Part shown: in pieces, positions 19,595 through 30,194 of the stretch
Layout: each line of letters starts with the position of its first letter
How positions within the stretch are numbered: position 1 is the stretch's first letter
Source: a virus
Reading direction: 5' to 3' (one strand)
IMG/VR virus record: IMGVR_UViG_3300019776_000296
Coordinates: 3,762 to 67,761 of that record
DNA: 64,000 nucleotides
Made by a program: the position numbers and the translations under genes
The notes under the pieces: generated by a model
Told to the model about the DNA's origin: nothing
The model's database searches: none
The model's input: only the letters and a program-made list of their open reading frames with translations

Positions 19595-22500
19595 CGATCC
19601 CGTTTGATCCAACGCCGACTGAGCCGACTCCTGCTATCAATCAGCTTGATGGCACGGTGATGGGTGCTGCGCTGTCTGGGCTGTCTGGCCGCACTGAGGC
19701 AAATGTCAAGTCAACACTGAAATCCCAACTGCAAAACAACAATACGTCTTCATGGTCAACACTGTGGGATCAGTTCAAGGAACAGATCAAGAGTCCGTTC
19801 ACGTTCGACAATGTTTCGACCGGCGGTAACATCCTTGCGAATCCTGGTTTTGAGAACAGTGCTTTTGCTTTGGTTGGAGCGAATTCTCCTGCGTACAACA
19901 CTGTTTCGGCTTATGTGCTTAACGGCACCCGATCTTGCCGGTTGGCCGGTGGCGGCTCGTCTCTAGTTGCCAAGGCTTACTTGTACTCCAATGCGACTAC
20001 GAGCATTGCGATTCCGTGTTCGCAGTATGAGTGGTTTTACCTGGAGTGCTATGTCAAGGGTGATGCCACTAACGTGCAGACCAGTGGTGGCACTGGTGGT
20101 GTGCGTATTGGTGTCGAGTGGTTCAATTCTTCAGGCACTGCAACGTATTTGAATGCTGGTTCGCTAGATGCGACTACGGCATTGAAGGCTGGTTGGACGA
20201 AGCTGTCGGGCTATGTGCAGATGCCGGTTGGTGCGGTGTCTTACAAGCCTATGGTGTCTTTGACAACTGGTGTTCCGGTCACTGAGAAGTACTACTTTGA
20301 CCAGTGCGTGCTGAAGGAACACACTTGGGCGCAGGGGATTATTGATCGGGTCGCCCAAGGGATCAAGGGCACTAATGCGCCGACTGGCAATACGCTGCAA
20401 ACGATTTCGGAAAATTTGCAGGATGCCTGGTCGAATTTCTGGGACGGTTTGATGGGTAGTACTGGTACTACCGGCAAGCTTCCTACTGATGTGAAGACTG
20501 CCGCTGGTGGTGTTCGTTCGACAGCGAATACTGCTTCTACCAATGCAAATACGGCCAACACTGGTGTGCAGGGGACGGTCGATGGAATCTTCCAGGGAGT
20601 CTTTGGTGGATCATCAACTGGTAACTCGCTCACGCAGATTGGAGCTAACCTTCAATCTGGCTGGGCGAAGCTGTGGGATGGTTTGACTGGTGGAAGTGGT
20701 TCTAGCGCAAAGCTTCCTGGTGATGTTCAGACTGCTGCCGGGTCTGTCCGTTCGACGGCCAACACCGCGTCAACGAATGCGAACACGGCTAACACTAGTG
20801 TTCAGTCAACAGTTGATGGTATCCACCAAGCTGTACAAGGCGGTTCTGCTACTGGCAATGGTTTGACAACCATCAAAACCAATCTTGCTTCTGTGTGGAA
20901 CAACTTGTGGGATGGTCTGAGCGGCAATGCAAGTCAGACTTCCAGCGGTAAAATTTTTAGTGACCTGTTCACTGCTGGTGGGGCAGCCCGTAGTAGGGCT
21001 GAGCTTGGCGTGTCTAACGCGGCTACGGCGCAAAGCTCAGCTACTACCGCTGATGGTAAAGCCGTTACCGCACAGACAAACTTGCAAACAACCGTTGACG
21101 GTATCCATCAGGCTGTCCAGGGTGGTGCTGGAACTAACAACAGTTTCACGTCGGTCAAAACCAACCTTGCCTCAGTATGGAATAACTTGTGGGATGGGTT
21201 GAGCGGCAACTCAACTCAAGCATCGACTGGCAAGATTTTCAGTGACTTGTTCACTGCTGGTGGTGCTGCCCGTAGCCGCGCAGAGTTGGGTGTGTCGAAT
21301 GCTGCGACGGCCCAGAGTTCGGCTACTACGGCAGATGGGAAAGCTGTTACGGCACAAACGAATCTACAAACCACTGTCGATGGAATTCATCAGGCTGTTC
21401 AGGGTGGATCATCAACGAACAACGGTTTCACGTCGGTCAAGACGAACCTGGCTTCAGTGTGGAATAACCTTTGGGATGGCTTGAGCGGCAATGCAAGTCA
21501 GACTTCTAGCGGCAAGATTTTTAGTGATCTGTTTACTGCCGGTGGGGCTGCTCGCAGTAGGGCTGAGCTTGGTGTGTCTAACGCGGCCACAGCACAGACC
21601 GCTGCAACTACCGCTGATGGGAAAGCTGTTGCGGCTGACGGCAAAGCCGTTGTTGCTCAAGGTCTTACATCAACATTGATGCTGACTGGCTCAAATATGT
21701 TGCCTAACGGCAGCTTTGAAAATAGCAGCTTCTTCCTACAGAACGTGGGCGGCAGCTACTCGACTGAGCAAAAGAACTCTGGCACTCAGTCAGCGAAGGT
21801 CATATCCAATGCCAGTAGTGCTTACGTTTACGTCACCGCCGATACCACTGCGACGAAGCCAATCAGTGGAATTGTGGCGGGTGATGTTCTGTATCTTGAG
21901 TTTTGGGTATATGGCAAGTCTACAAACGTGCAGACAACTGGCGGCACTAATGCTATCCAGATGGTCATTGGCTGGCAGAATAGTTCCCTCACTAGTACCG
22001 GCTTCGCATTCCTTCAGCGCACCGCTTCGACTGCTCTCAATAATGGGTGGACGAAGGTTAGCGGTTACACCACGGCGGCACCGGCAGGCACAACTAACTT
22101 TCGTGCCTATCTTGAACTGACCGGCAATGTTGCAACTGGTGAGACGTATTACTTCGATGATGTTGTTGTACAACGGGTTACGGAAGGTTACGTCGCTGAT
22201 GGTAAAGCGGCCACCGCTCAGACTAATTTGCAGACCACAGTGGACGGTATTCACCAAGCGGTCCAGGGTGGTGCGGCAACCAATAACGGGTTCACGTCAG
22301 TCAAGACAAACCTTGCTGCTGTATGGAATAACTTGTGGGATGGTTTGAGCGGCACTGGTTCTCAAACGTCAACAGGAAAAGTTGTAGGCGACCTATTCGC
22401 TGCTGGTTCTACTGCTAGGAGCCGTGCGGAGACAGGTATAACGAACGCTGCGACAGCAGACGCGAAAGCTGTCACCGCTGACGGCAAAGCTGTTACAGCA

Positions 22501-25500
22501 GACGGGAAAGCTGTCACGGCAGATGGGAAAGCTGTCACGGCGCAGACGAATATCCAGACTACTGTCGATGGTATCCATCAGGCAGTGCAGGGAGGTGCAA
22601 CAACAAACAACAGTTTTACGTCGGTCAAAACTAACCTTGCTTCAGTCTGGAATAATCTTTGGGATGGGTTGAGCGGCACAGGTTCTCAGACATCAACTGG
22701 CAAGGTTGTTGGTGATCTTTTCACTGCTGGCTCGACGGCCCGTAGTAGGGCTGAGACTGGCATTACGAACGCGGCTACCGCACAGTCTTCTGCCACTACT
22801 GCTGATGGTAAAGCTGTTACTGCACAAACTAATTTGCAGACAACTGTCGATGGTATTCACCAAGCTGTTCAAGGTGGTGCTACCACAAACAACACGTTTG
22901 GTTCTGTCAAGACGAACCTTGCTTCTGTCTGGAATAACCTATGGGATGGGTTGAGCGGCACCGGCTCTCAAACTTCAACAGGTAAAGTTGTTGGTGATCT
23001 GTTTGCCGCCGGTTCTACCGCTAGGAGCCGCGCTGAGACTGGTATCACTAACGCTGCGACAGCAGACGCGAAAGCTGTTACGGCAGATGGCAAAGCTGTC
23101 ACAGCAGATGGGAAGGCGGTCACTGCCCAGAATGTGATCAATGCTGTTGCGTCTAGCGCAAACCTGGTGATTAGTCCCAACTTTGAAGATTCTACGATTA
23201 CGCGGATTGCCTATGGTTCTCCGACGATTTCGTATGACACGTCTCAAAAGTTTCAGGGCACAAGGAGTTTGAAGTTCACGACGACGGCTGCTTCCTGGCA
23301 GGGCATATATCTTGCGCCGACGACAACGGTGTATCGGTACAACGTGAAGGTTGGCGACACGTTCAGTGTGAGTCTCCGCATTAAGCCGGATGCCAACAAC
23401 AACGTGACCGTTGGTTATGTGCGGTTGTTCATGCGTTGGTGGAACACTACGTCTAGCACTTTGACGGATAACGGTGTGTCGATTAACAATTCGGCCATGT
23501 CTACTAACTGGCAAGAGATGAGCGTGTCGGCATCTTGCCCTTCCGGCTATGACGCTTTGGATATCTTTGTGATAGCCGATCCGACTACCACTGTCGGCAA
23601 TGACTACTACATCGATGCCGTGTCTGTGCGTGAAGAAACTGTTGCCAGGGCGGCTCTTGCTGATGCTGCGACTGCTGATGGGAAAGCTGTTACGGCGCAG
23701 GGCGCGGCGACTACCGCTGACGGCAAAGCTGTTACGGCGCAGACGAATCTACAAACTACAGTGGACGGTATCCATCAGGCTGTCCAGGGTGGTGCGGCAA
23801 CCAATAATGGGTTCACTTCTGTTAAGACGAACCTTGCTGCTGTGTGGAACAACATATGGGATGGGTTGAACGGCACTGGTTCTCCGACATCAAGCGGCAA
23901 GGTTGTTGGCGATCTGTATACCGCTAGCTCAACGGCTCGTAGTCGCGCAGAGACAGGTATAACGAACGCTGCGACAGCACAGTCGGCTGCAACTACCGCT
24001 GACGGTAAAGCGGTCACAGCACAAACTGCTGCGGCCACCGCTGACGGCAAAGCAGTCACAGCGGATGGCAAAGCTGTTACAGCACAAACAACTGCGAACA
24101 AGTCGATTGACTATGTGCAGTCTGGTACGAACCTTGTTCCCGATCCAGGATTTGAGAATTCTTCTAGGGACGCTGAGCGTTTGGCGTTGGCTACTGCTGG
24201 TGGAACGTACAGCCATGACAGCACCGCTGCGACGAAGAGGAGCGGTACACGCTCGCTGAAGTGTGTGTGGACTTCCGGCCAGCCGGGTATGTACTTTGGG
24301 CCGACGCTTTCTTTGAATGAAACTATTCCTACGAAAGGTGGTGCGGTATTTAGGCTTTCGCAGTATGCGTATGCGTCAACGATAAACGGCGGCACCAACA
24401 AAGTCGGAATGTACTTGTACTGCACTGACTCGACCGGCGTGAATGCTGGTGTATTCGTTGGCAACGATAAGACGCTTCCTAGTGAGGGTGTTTGGCATTT
24501 GCATGACGTATACCTAACTGTCCCAACGGGATACGACAGGGTGCGCCTGTACTTTGCTTCGATTCGTACTGGTGCTGTTCTCAACGATACGATCTGGTTT
24601 GATGAGCTTTCTGCTTATGAGGTTAGCGAGGCCATTCAGGCTGTCGATGGGATTGTTCAGGCTGTCGATGGTTCTACTGGTACTGGTAACTCTCCTGCTA
24701 CGGCTAAGACGAAGTTGCAGTCTGTGTGGAATAGCTTGTGGGACGGGCTAAATGGCACTGGAACGCAGACGGCAAGTGGCAAGGTTGTTGGCGATCTTTA
24801 CACGGTTGGTTCGACGGCTCGTAGCCGTGCCGAAACTGGTATAGCCAATGCGGCCACGGCGCAAAGCGCAGCTACCACTGCTGATGGCAAAGCTGTTACA
24901 GCACAAACGAATGTACAGACAACGGTGGATAGTATTCATCAGGCTGTGCAGGGAGGAACCAGTACTAACAACACGTTTGGTTCCGTTAAGACGAACCTGG
25001 CTTCTGTGTGGAATAACCTGTGGGACGGGCTGAATGGCTCACTTACACAGACATCGACTGGCAAAGTTGTAGGTGATCTTTACACTATTGGGTCTACTGC
25101 TCGCGGTAGGGCAGAGACGGGTATCAGTAACGCTGCGACAGCCCAGAGTTCAGCTAATACTGTTGACACGCGGGTCGATAGCTATGTTTCCGGCGGTAGT
25201 GGAAACCTTTGCAGTAACCCAGGTTTCGAAGATTCAACCCAGTATCTTGGCGACGGAACATATGCCACTACACCGGCCAGGATCGGTTCACGTTCCTTGA
25301 AGATGATTGGTGATGGAACCCAGAACTATGCATATCTGTCAACCAATAAGACTGCTGGCGTTGACGTTATCGGTGGCGGCAGTAGAACTTACTACATTGA
25401 ATACTATGTATACGGGGATGCAGCGAACACTCTGACTGGCACGACAAGCATTCTTGGAGTTGGTGTTTGGGGTTACACAACTGCCAATGTTTATGTGTCA

Positions 25501-28407
25501 GCAGCAGTTCTCTACACGACGGCCAACGCTGTCGGAAAGAGCAACTGGATTCAGGTCAGCGGCACCGTAACGATGGCAACTGATTCAACAATTGCGCGTC
25601 TTCGTCCACTCGTTTACATGACTACTGGTGTGCCAGCAGGCAACTCATTTTATTTCGATAGCATTTTGATCAGAGATATCACTGAGGCTGCTACGGCTGA
25701 TGCTAAAGCTGTTACTGCTGACGGCAAGGCTGTTACTGCTGACGGCAAAGCTGTTACAGCAGATGGCAAAGCCGTTGCGGCACAGACCGCTGCCGCTACA
25801 GCAGACGGGAAAGCCGTCACGGCAGACGGCAAAGCGGTAGCGGCTCAGACCGCTGCTGCCACTGCTGACGGTAAGGCTGTTACTGCTGACGGTAAGGCAG
25901 TTGCGGCCCAGTCTTCTGCGACTACTGCTGACGGCAAAGCTGTTACGGCGCAGACGAGTGCGAACAGGGCAACGAGCCTTGCTAAAGATGCGAGCTTGAG
26001 CGGCAGCAACATCTGTACTAACGCCGGGTTCGAAGACAACAACTACTGGGCTTCTGCAACGTACTTTGTTACTGATCAAAAGCGTACTGGCGCACAGTCT
26101 TTGAAGATGACTGGTAATGGTGCAAACCAGGATTACTTCATCATCAATGATGGCACGGCGCAGATAGGAAGAATCCCGGCTTCTCCTGGTGATGTGTTCC
26201 AGGTTGAGTTCTGGGTGTATGGCGGCGCATCGAATGTTGGTGGCGGCCAAATCATTTTGTACATGACTGCGTACAACAATGCTCTTGGAACTCTTGGTTC
26301 ACCGGCCATCACCTACTCGCCTACAACTGCGAATAACAGTGTGTGGACGAAGGTTACCGGCACAATCACGTTCCCTTCCAATGCAACGTACAACGGTGGA
26401 ACAACCGCTACAACGATGGCTTCTGTCGGCGCACGCATCCGGCTTGCTTCTACTGTTCCGCTTACTGATTCGTACTACTTCGATGACGTGATTATTCGTG
26501 AAATAACATCTGCTACTGCGGCAAGTGCTGCTGCTGCTACGGCAGATGGGAAAGCTGTCACGGCAGATGGCAAAGCTGTCACAGCAGACGGGAAAGCCGT
26601 TACTGCACAGACGAACTTGCAGACAACTGTCGATGGCATTCATCAGGCGGTAAACGGCGGTACTGCTGCTGGCACGTTTGCATCAGTGAAGACGAACCTC
26701 GCCTCCGTGTGGAATAACTTGTGGGATGGGTTGAACGGCAACCTAACTCAGACAGCTACCGGCAAGGTTGTTGGTGACTTGTTCACCGTTAGTGGTGCGG
26801 CCCGTGGACGTGCAGAGCTTGGTGTTAGTAACGCAAGCAATGCTGATACGAAGGCGCAGAACACATTGAATAATGTGGCTGCGGCATTCAGCGGTGCGGA
26901 TGTCATACCGGCTGACACGCTTCCCGCAGAAGCACTTTCGGCTATGCAGAAAGCGTATGAAACGCTTGGTGACCACACTCAGGCCATCAATGAGCTTCAG
27001 GCAAACAAGACAAACGGTTCTGTCAAGGGCGCGGTCTACAACGTCAATTTCAAGAACTACGCTGACGGTGCTATGCCGTCTGACTGGACTGTAACCTACA
27101 GCGGCGCAGGCACTTCCACTATTGGCATCACTGGTGGGTTGGCGTGTTGGCGAACCATTAACAACGCTAACCGTGACGCGAAGATCATCTATAACTTTGC
27201 CACTAACACTGACTATCAGTTGTTAAAGGGCACGATGTCTTCGCCGCCTGAGCAAGCGAAAGCTGGGGGCACTGCACCAAAGTTCAGTGCTATCGGACGT
27301 ATCAGTGCTGACGGCAACAGCTATGTGTGGGCCAGGGCTTATGCCAGTGGGTTCCTACAGTTCACTGGAGAGATGGGCTACACACTCAACGGTGTTGAGA
27401 CTGTGTGGGCTTCTGGCATTCCGTTGACGTGGAGCTTGGACATGACGTTCAAGGTTGGCAACGGTACGAATTCACGTCAGTACCAAGTGTATTCGGGTTC
27501 CACTCTGGTCAAGGAGTGGGACGAGACTTACGTCAATGGTGTTAGCGGAACGATCAACGAGTCGCGGAGTTTGATGAATGGCGACTGGTTGGTCAGCCGT
27601 GGTGCTGCAACTGCTGGCACATTCACGCTTACTTATGACGGTGTGACTACTGCTGCCATTGCTTACAACGCAAGTGCCGCAACGGTTAAGGCCGCACTGA
27701 ACACGGCACGATCTACTGGCGGTAAGGCGGCAGTATCGTTCTTTGTCAACGCGACGACGAACGGTTGGTACATCGACACGCCGGATTCGACGCTTGCTAT
27801 GACCGGAACTGGAACTCTTACCGGCGGTACGCTGACGTTGACTCAGCAGACCGCCCGTAAATGGGGTTCTATTGCCCAGATTCGCGGCGGCACAAGCACA
27901 TACGCCATATCGGGCAAGGTTGGTGCATGTTCGATTGCCGACAACCCGACACCGGATGTTAATGGTTCAGTTGCCAGGATGGTTCGCGTATCAACAAGCA
28001 CCACAACGTATACCGGCGGCAGCGCAGAAACATTCATTGGCAACGGGTTCTTCGACACCGTTGTGCATGAGAGCCTTGATGTCGATGCTAACACCGCTGA
28101 CAGCACGTTCACTGTGGTCGAGGGTAAGCCGTACATCATCACAGCAAGGGTGCTGACTGGAAACGTATCTGCTTGGGGCAGTTTGATTTTGCAGGTTTAC
28201 AGGAGCGGCTCGTGGCAGAGCATGCAGTACGGAAACCCAATACAAACCAACGATGCTGAAGCAGCTATATCCGGCAACTGGATTCAGTATCTGAATGCCG
28301 GTGAGAAGGTTCGGCTCGCTTACACCAGGGCTGGTATCACTACAACCTCTCTGACTGGGGAGAGTTCTGGAAAGAAAACATTTTTTGCCATTACCGGGGC
28401 CGGTTAA
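19591..28407 (+). CDS. Giant tail fibre / receptor-binding protein with six CBM4/9-like domains
   Basis: 2938 aa; six N(L/I/M)xxxxxFE...(Y/W)(F/I)D domains, twelve ~80-aa WDGL repeats, ADGKAVT heptads. Confidence 0.85.
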   Translation: MTIPFDPTPTEPTPAINQLDGTVMGAALSGLSGRTEANVKSTLKSQLQNNNTSSWSTLWDQFKEQIKSPFTFDNVSTGGNILANPGFENSAFALVGANSPAYNTVSAYVLNGTRSCRLAGGGSSLVAKAYLYSNATTSIAIPCSQYEWFYLECYVKGDATNVQTSGGTGGVRIGVEWFNSSGTATYLNAGSLDATTALKAGWTKLSGYVQMPVGAVSYKPMVSLTTGVPVTEKYYFDQCVLKEHTWAQGIIDRVAQGIKGTNAPTGNTLQTISENLQDAWSNFWDGLMGSTGTTGKLPTDVKTAAGGVRSTANTASTNANTANTGVQGTVDGIFQGVFGGSSTGNSLTQIGANLQSGWAKLWDGLTGGSGSSAKLPGDVQTAAGSVRSTANTASTNANTANTSVQSTVDGIHQAVQGGSATGNGLTTIKTNLASVWNNLWDGLSGNASQTSSGKIFSDLFTAGGAARSRAELGVSNAATAQSSATTADGKAVTAQTNLQTTVDGIHQAVQGGAGTNNSFTSVKTNLASVWNNLWDGLSGNSTQASTGKIFSDLFTAGGAARSRAELGVSNAATAQSSATTADGKAVTAQTNLQTTVDGIHQAVQGGSSTNNGFTSVKTNLASVWNNLWDGLSGNASQTSSGKIFSDLFTAGGAARSRAELGVSNAATAQTAATTADGKAVAADGKAVVAQGLTSTLMLTGSNMLPNGSFENSSFFLQNVGGSYSTEQKNSGTQSAKVISNASSAYVYVTADTTATKPISGIVAGDVLYLEFWVYGKSTNVQTTGGTNAIQMVIGWQNSSLTSTGFAFLQRTASTALNNGWTKVSGYTTAAPAGTTNFRAYLELTGNVATGETYYFDDVVVQRVTEGYVADGKAATAQTNLQTTVDGIHQAVQGGAATNNGFTSVKTNLAAVWNNLWDGLSGTGSQTSTGKVVGDLFAAGSTARSRAETGITNAATADAKAVTADGKAVTADGKAVTADGKAVTAQTNIQTTVDGIHQAVQGGATTNNSFTSVKTNLASVWNNLWDGLSGTGSQTSTGKVVGDLFTAGSTARSRAETGITNAATAQSSATTADGKAVTAQTNLQTTVDGIHQAVQGGATTNNTFGSVKTNLASVWNNLWDGLSGTGSQTSTGKVVGDLFAAGSTARSRAETGITNAATADAKAVTADGKAVTADGKAVTAQNVINAVASSANLVISPNFEDSTITRIAYGSPTISYDTSQKFQGTRSLKFTTTAASWQGIYLAPTTTVYRYNVKVGDTFSVSLRIKPDANNNVTVGYVRLFMRWWNTTSSTLTDNGVSINNSAMSTNWQEMSVSASCPSGYDALDIFVIADPTTTVGNDYYIDAVSVREETVARAALADAATADGKAVTAQGAATTADGKAVTAQTNLQTTVDGIHQAVQGGAATNNGFTSVKTNLAAVWNNIWDGLNGTGSPTSSGKVVGDLYTASSTARSRAETGITNAATAQSAATTADGKAVTAQTAAATADGKAVTADGKAVTAQTTANKSIDYVQSGTNLVPDPGFENSSRDAERLALATAGGTYSHDSTAATKRSGTRSLKCVWTSGQPGMYFGPTLSLNETIPTKGGAVFRLSQYAYASTINGGTNKVGMYLYCTDSTGVNAGVFVGNDKTLPSEGVWHLHDVYLTVPTGYDRVRLYFASIRTGAVLNDTIWFDELSAYEVSEAIQAVDGIVQAVDGSTGTGNSPATAKTKLQSVWNSLWDGLNGTGTQTASGKVVGDLYTVGSTARSRAETGIANAATAQSAATTADGKAVTAQTNVQTTVDSIHQAVQGGTSTNNTFGSVKTNLASVWNNLWDGLNGSLTQTSTGKVVGDLYTIGSTARGRAETGISNAATAQSSANTVDTRVDSYVSGGSGNLCSNPGFEDSTQYLGDGTYATTPARIGSRSLKMIGDGTQNYAYLSTNKTAGVDVIGGGSRTYYIEYYVYGDAANTLTGTTSILGVGVWGYTTANVYVSAAVLYTTANAVGKSNWIQVSGTVTMATDSTIARLRPLVYMTTGVPAGNSFYFDSILIRDITEAATADAKAVTADGKAVTADGKAVTADGKAVAAQTAAATADGKAVTADGKAVAAQTAAATADGKAVTADGKAVAAQSSATTADGKAVTAQTSANRATSLAKDASLSGSNICTNAGFEDNNYWASATYFVTDQKRTGAQSLKMTGNGANQDYFIINDGTAQIGRIPASPGDVFQVEFWVYGGASNVGGGQIILYMTAYNNALGTLGSPAITYSPTTANNSVWTKVTGTITFPSNATYNGGTTATTMASVGARIRLASTVPLTDSYYFDDVIIREITSATAASAAAATADGKAVTADGKAVTADGKAVTAQTNLQTTVDGIHQAVNGGTAAGTFASVKTNLASVWNNLWDGLNGNLTQTATGKVVGDLFTVSGAARGRAELGVSNASNADTKAQNTLNNVAAAFSGADVIPADTLPAEALSAMQKAYETLGDHTQAINELQANKTNGSVKGAVYNVNFKNYADGAMPSDWTVTYSGAGTSTIGITGGLACWRTINNANRDAKIIYNFATNTDYQLLKGTMSSPPEQAKAGGTAPKFSAIGRISADGNSYVWARAYASGFLQFTGEMGYTLNGVETVWASGIPLTWSLDMTFKVGNGTNSRQYQVYSGSTLVKEWDETYVNGVSGTINESRSLMNGDWLVSRGAATAGTFTLTYDGVTTAAIAYNASAATVKAALNTARSTGGKAAVSFFVNATTNGWYIDTPDSTLAMTGTGTLTGGTLTLTQQTARKWGSIAQIRGGTSTYAISGKVGACSIADNPTPDVNGSVARMVRVSTSTTTYTGGSAETFIGNGFFDTVVHESLDVDANTADSTFTVVEGKPYIITARVLTGNVSAWGSLILQVYRSGSWQSMQYGNPIQTNDAEAAISGNWIQYLNAGEKVRLAYTRAGITTTSLTGESSGKKTFFAITGAG

Positions 28408-28466
28408 ACAAAAGGTCGCGGTATACTAAATGTGCTGCGGCACAACTATTTTGAAAGGAACAAACT

Positions 28467-28709
28467 ATGCCTCCTTCAGCACCTAAGGTGTATGAGACGG
28501 GACACATTCGGCGCAACACCGAAACTGGTGAGGTCGCTCTTCGTACCATCTTCCCTGAGGATCAAGGGCCACAGATGGCGAACATGGCGTGGCTGATCGC
28601 CACCAAGAACGTCGGCGCACGGAACTGCCCCACCACTGAGGTCGAGCAGACCGGGTGGGTCGATCTGTTTGCTCCTACTCCGGTCGAATCACCCACTCCC
28701 GCTGAGTGA
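28467..28709 (+). CDS. Hypothetical protein
   Basis: Strong SD (gaaagga); 80 aa. Confidence 0.65.
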   Translation: MPPSAPKVYETGHIRRNTETGEVALRTIFPEDQGPQMANMAWLIATKNVGARNCPTTEVEQTGWVDLFAPTPVESPTPAE

Positions 28710-28791
28710 TTCACTGGTAAAATTGAAGTAGGAGAACTCTCTCCTCTTCTTTTCATTCTTCGTCGGGGCAGTCGGCGTTCCCTATCTGGAG

Positions 28792-29181
28792 ATGCCTTGC
28801 CCCATGAACATCACCGAATGGCCCAATCCAGAGAACTGGATGGACATACTTGATCATGTCCTTGTTGCCTTATTTATGTTGGCGATTGCTGTTGTGCCGT
28901 CATGGATTTCGATACGAGGAAACAAGGGGATCAAGGCCATCAAGGATCAAGTGGTAAACGGTCATACGAGTGCGCTGCGTGATGATCTAGACAAGGCTTT
29001 GCAGGCCATTGCCATTCTTGGTGATGACTTGGCGAACTTTCGTCATGCGATCACTAAGGACGTAAGTCATTTGCGCCGTGAGCTTTCCGACGAGGAAGAG
29101 CGCAGGCGTAGCAATATTTCTGATATACGTTCGGAGTATGACCGGCGTTTCTCTAACATCGATGATCGTTTGGATGGGTGA
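28792..29181 (+). CDS. Membrane-anchored coiled-coil protein (DUF2746-like)
   Basis: One TM segment followed by QVVNGHTSALRDDLD. Confidence 0.65.
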   Translation: MPCPMNITEWPNPENWMDILDHVLVALFMLAIAVVPSWISIRGNKGIKAIKDQVVNGHTSALRDDLDKALQAIAILGDDLANFRHAITKDVSHLRRELSDEEERRRSNISDIRSEYDRRFSNIDDRLDG

Positions 29182-30194
29182 TGACAACTTCTTGGCTGCC
29201 TAACACTAAGGTTGAAAACAATCGTGTCATCGATCTGAATCGCGGTAACCAGGCGACGTGGGTGTATTCGCTTGGTGGCAATAAGTCTTTCCCTGCTGGC
29301 ACTACTGCGACTCTGGTGTTTACCAATAGCTACGGCCAGACGTTGGCGACGTGGGTTGGGACTGTTGCGGTGTCTGCCGGGACGATCACCTTCGATCAGC
29401 CGTCGAGTGATGCGGATGCGATTGCCCGTGGTTCTAACTGGCAGTTGTTTGCGACGATCAGTGGTGTGAATCGTCTTCTGTCACAAGGGCTTGTGATTCG
29501 CAACGAGGCTCCGTACCCAGATGCGCCGCCGCTGTCTTCTGAGTATGACGGTGCGCGTTATCAGTACTCGTTCGGAACTCCAGGCTATCTGTCTGACCCA
29601 GCATGGCGTGTATTAAATGGCCTGCCAACGGTTTACGATAACTCTGCTCGTAGCCTTCCGAATGCTTGTGGTGCTGGTTCGATTGTTGGCGGCACGCTTT
29701 CGATCTACGGTAAGGCTTCGATGCTGTGGTATGCACCGCTGCGTACTGACGCAGTTCGGTTGACGTACACCACAATTCGTAGCGGCATCTATTCGAACGG
29801 TGATCTGTTTTCTGTTATCTGTTCGAACTATGACATGACGAACTGGGTTGGGTTCAGGCATCGTCAGGTGTGGGGTGCCGGTGCTAGCGGATTCCTTGGT
29901 GGCTGGGCGCAGGACGAGTTGTCGGTTGTTGTTGGCAGCGGCCCGATTACCTACACGGTGAAGGTAAGTAATCCTGGCGACACTGAGAACAACAGTTACT
30001 ACACAGCGGAGTACAACCCATTCTCCAATACCTACACGCTGTGGCAGGGAACAACTGTCAAGGTTCAGTGGACTGATTCAACAAATCTTGTGGATCATGG
30101 TCTGGGAGAACGGTATGTAGGCTTCTCGTTCAAGGGTGACGTGCTTGAGGCCGGTGTTCAGGTGTCCGATTGGCTGATTGGTGATGCGCCTTAA
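29178..30194 (+). CDS. Putative minor tail protein (beta-sandwich domains)
   Basis: FPAGTTATLVF N-terminal domain and lectin-like C-terminal domain ending GERYVGF. Confidence 0.55.
   Translation: MMTTSWLPNTKVENNRVIDLNRGNQATWVYSLGGNKSFPAGTTATLVFTNSYGQTLATWVGTVAVSAGTITFDQPSSDADAIARGSNWQLFATISGVNRLLSQGLVIRNEAPYPDAPPLSSEYDGARYQYSFGTPGYLSDPAWRVLNGLPTVYDNSARSLPNACGAGSIVGGTLSIYGKASMLWYAPLRTDAVRLTYTTIRSGIYSNGDLFSVICSNYDMTNWVGFRHRQVWGAGASGFLGGWAQDELSVVVGSGPITYTVKVSNPGDTENNSYYTAEYNPFSNTYTLWQGTTVKVQWTDSTNLVDHGLGERYVGFSFKGDVLEAGVQVSDWLIGDAP

Noticed and set aside
19591-28407. Diversity-generating retroelement acting on the tail fibre repeats
   Set aside because: No reverse transcriptase is present, and repeat differences are mostly synonymous rather than adenine-specific.
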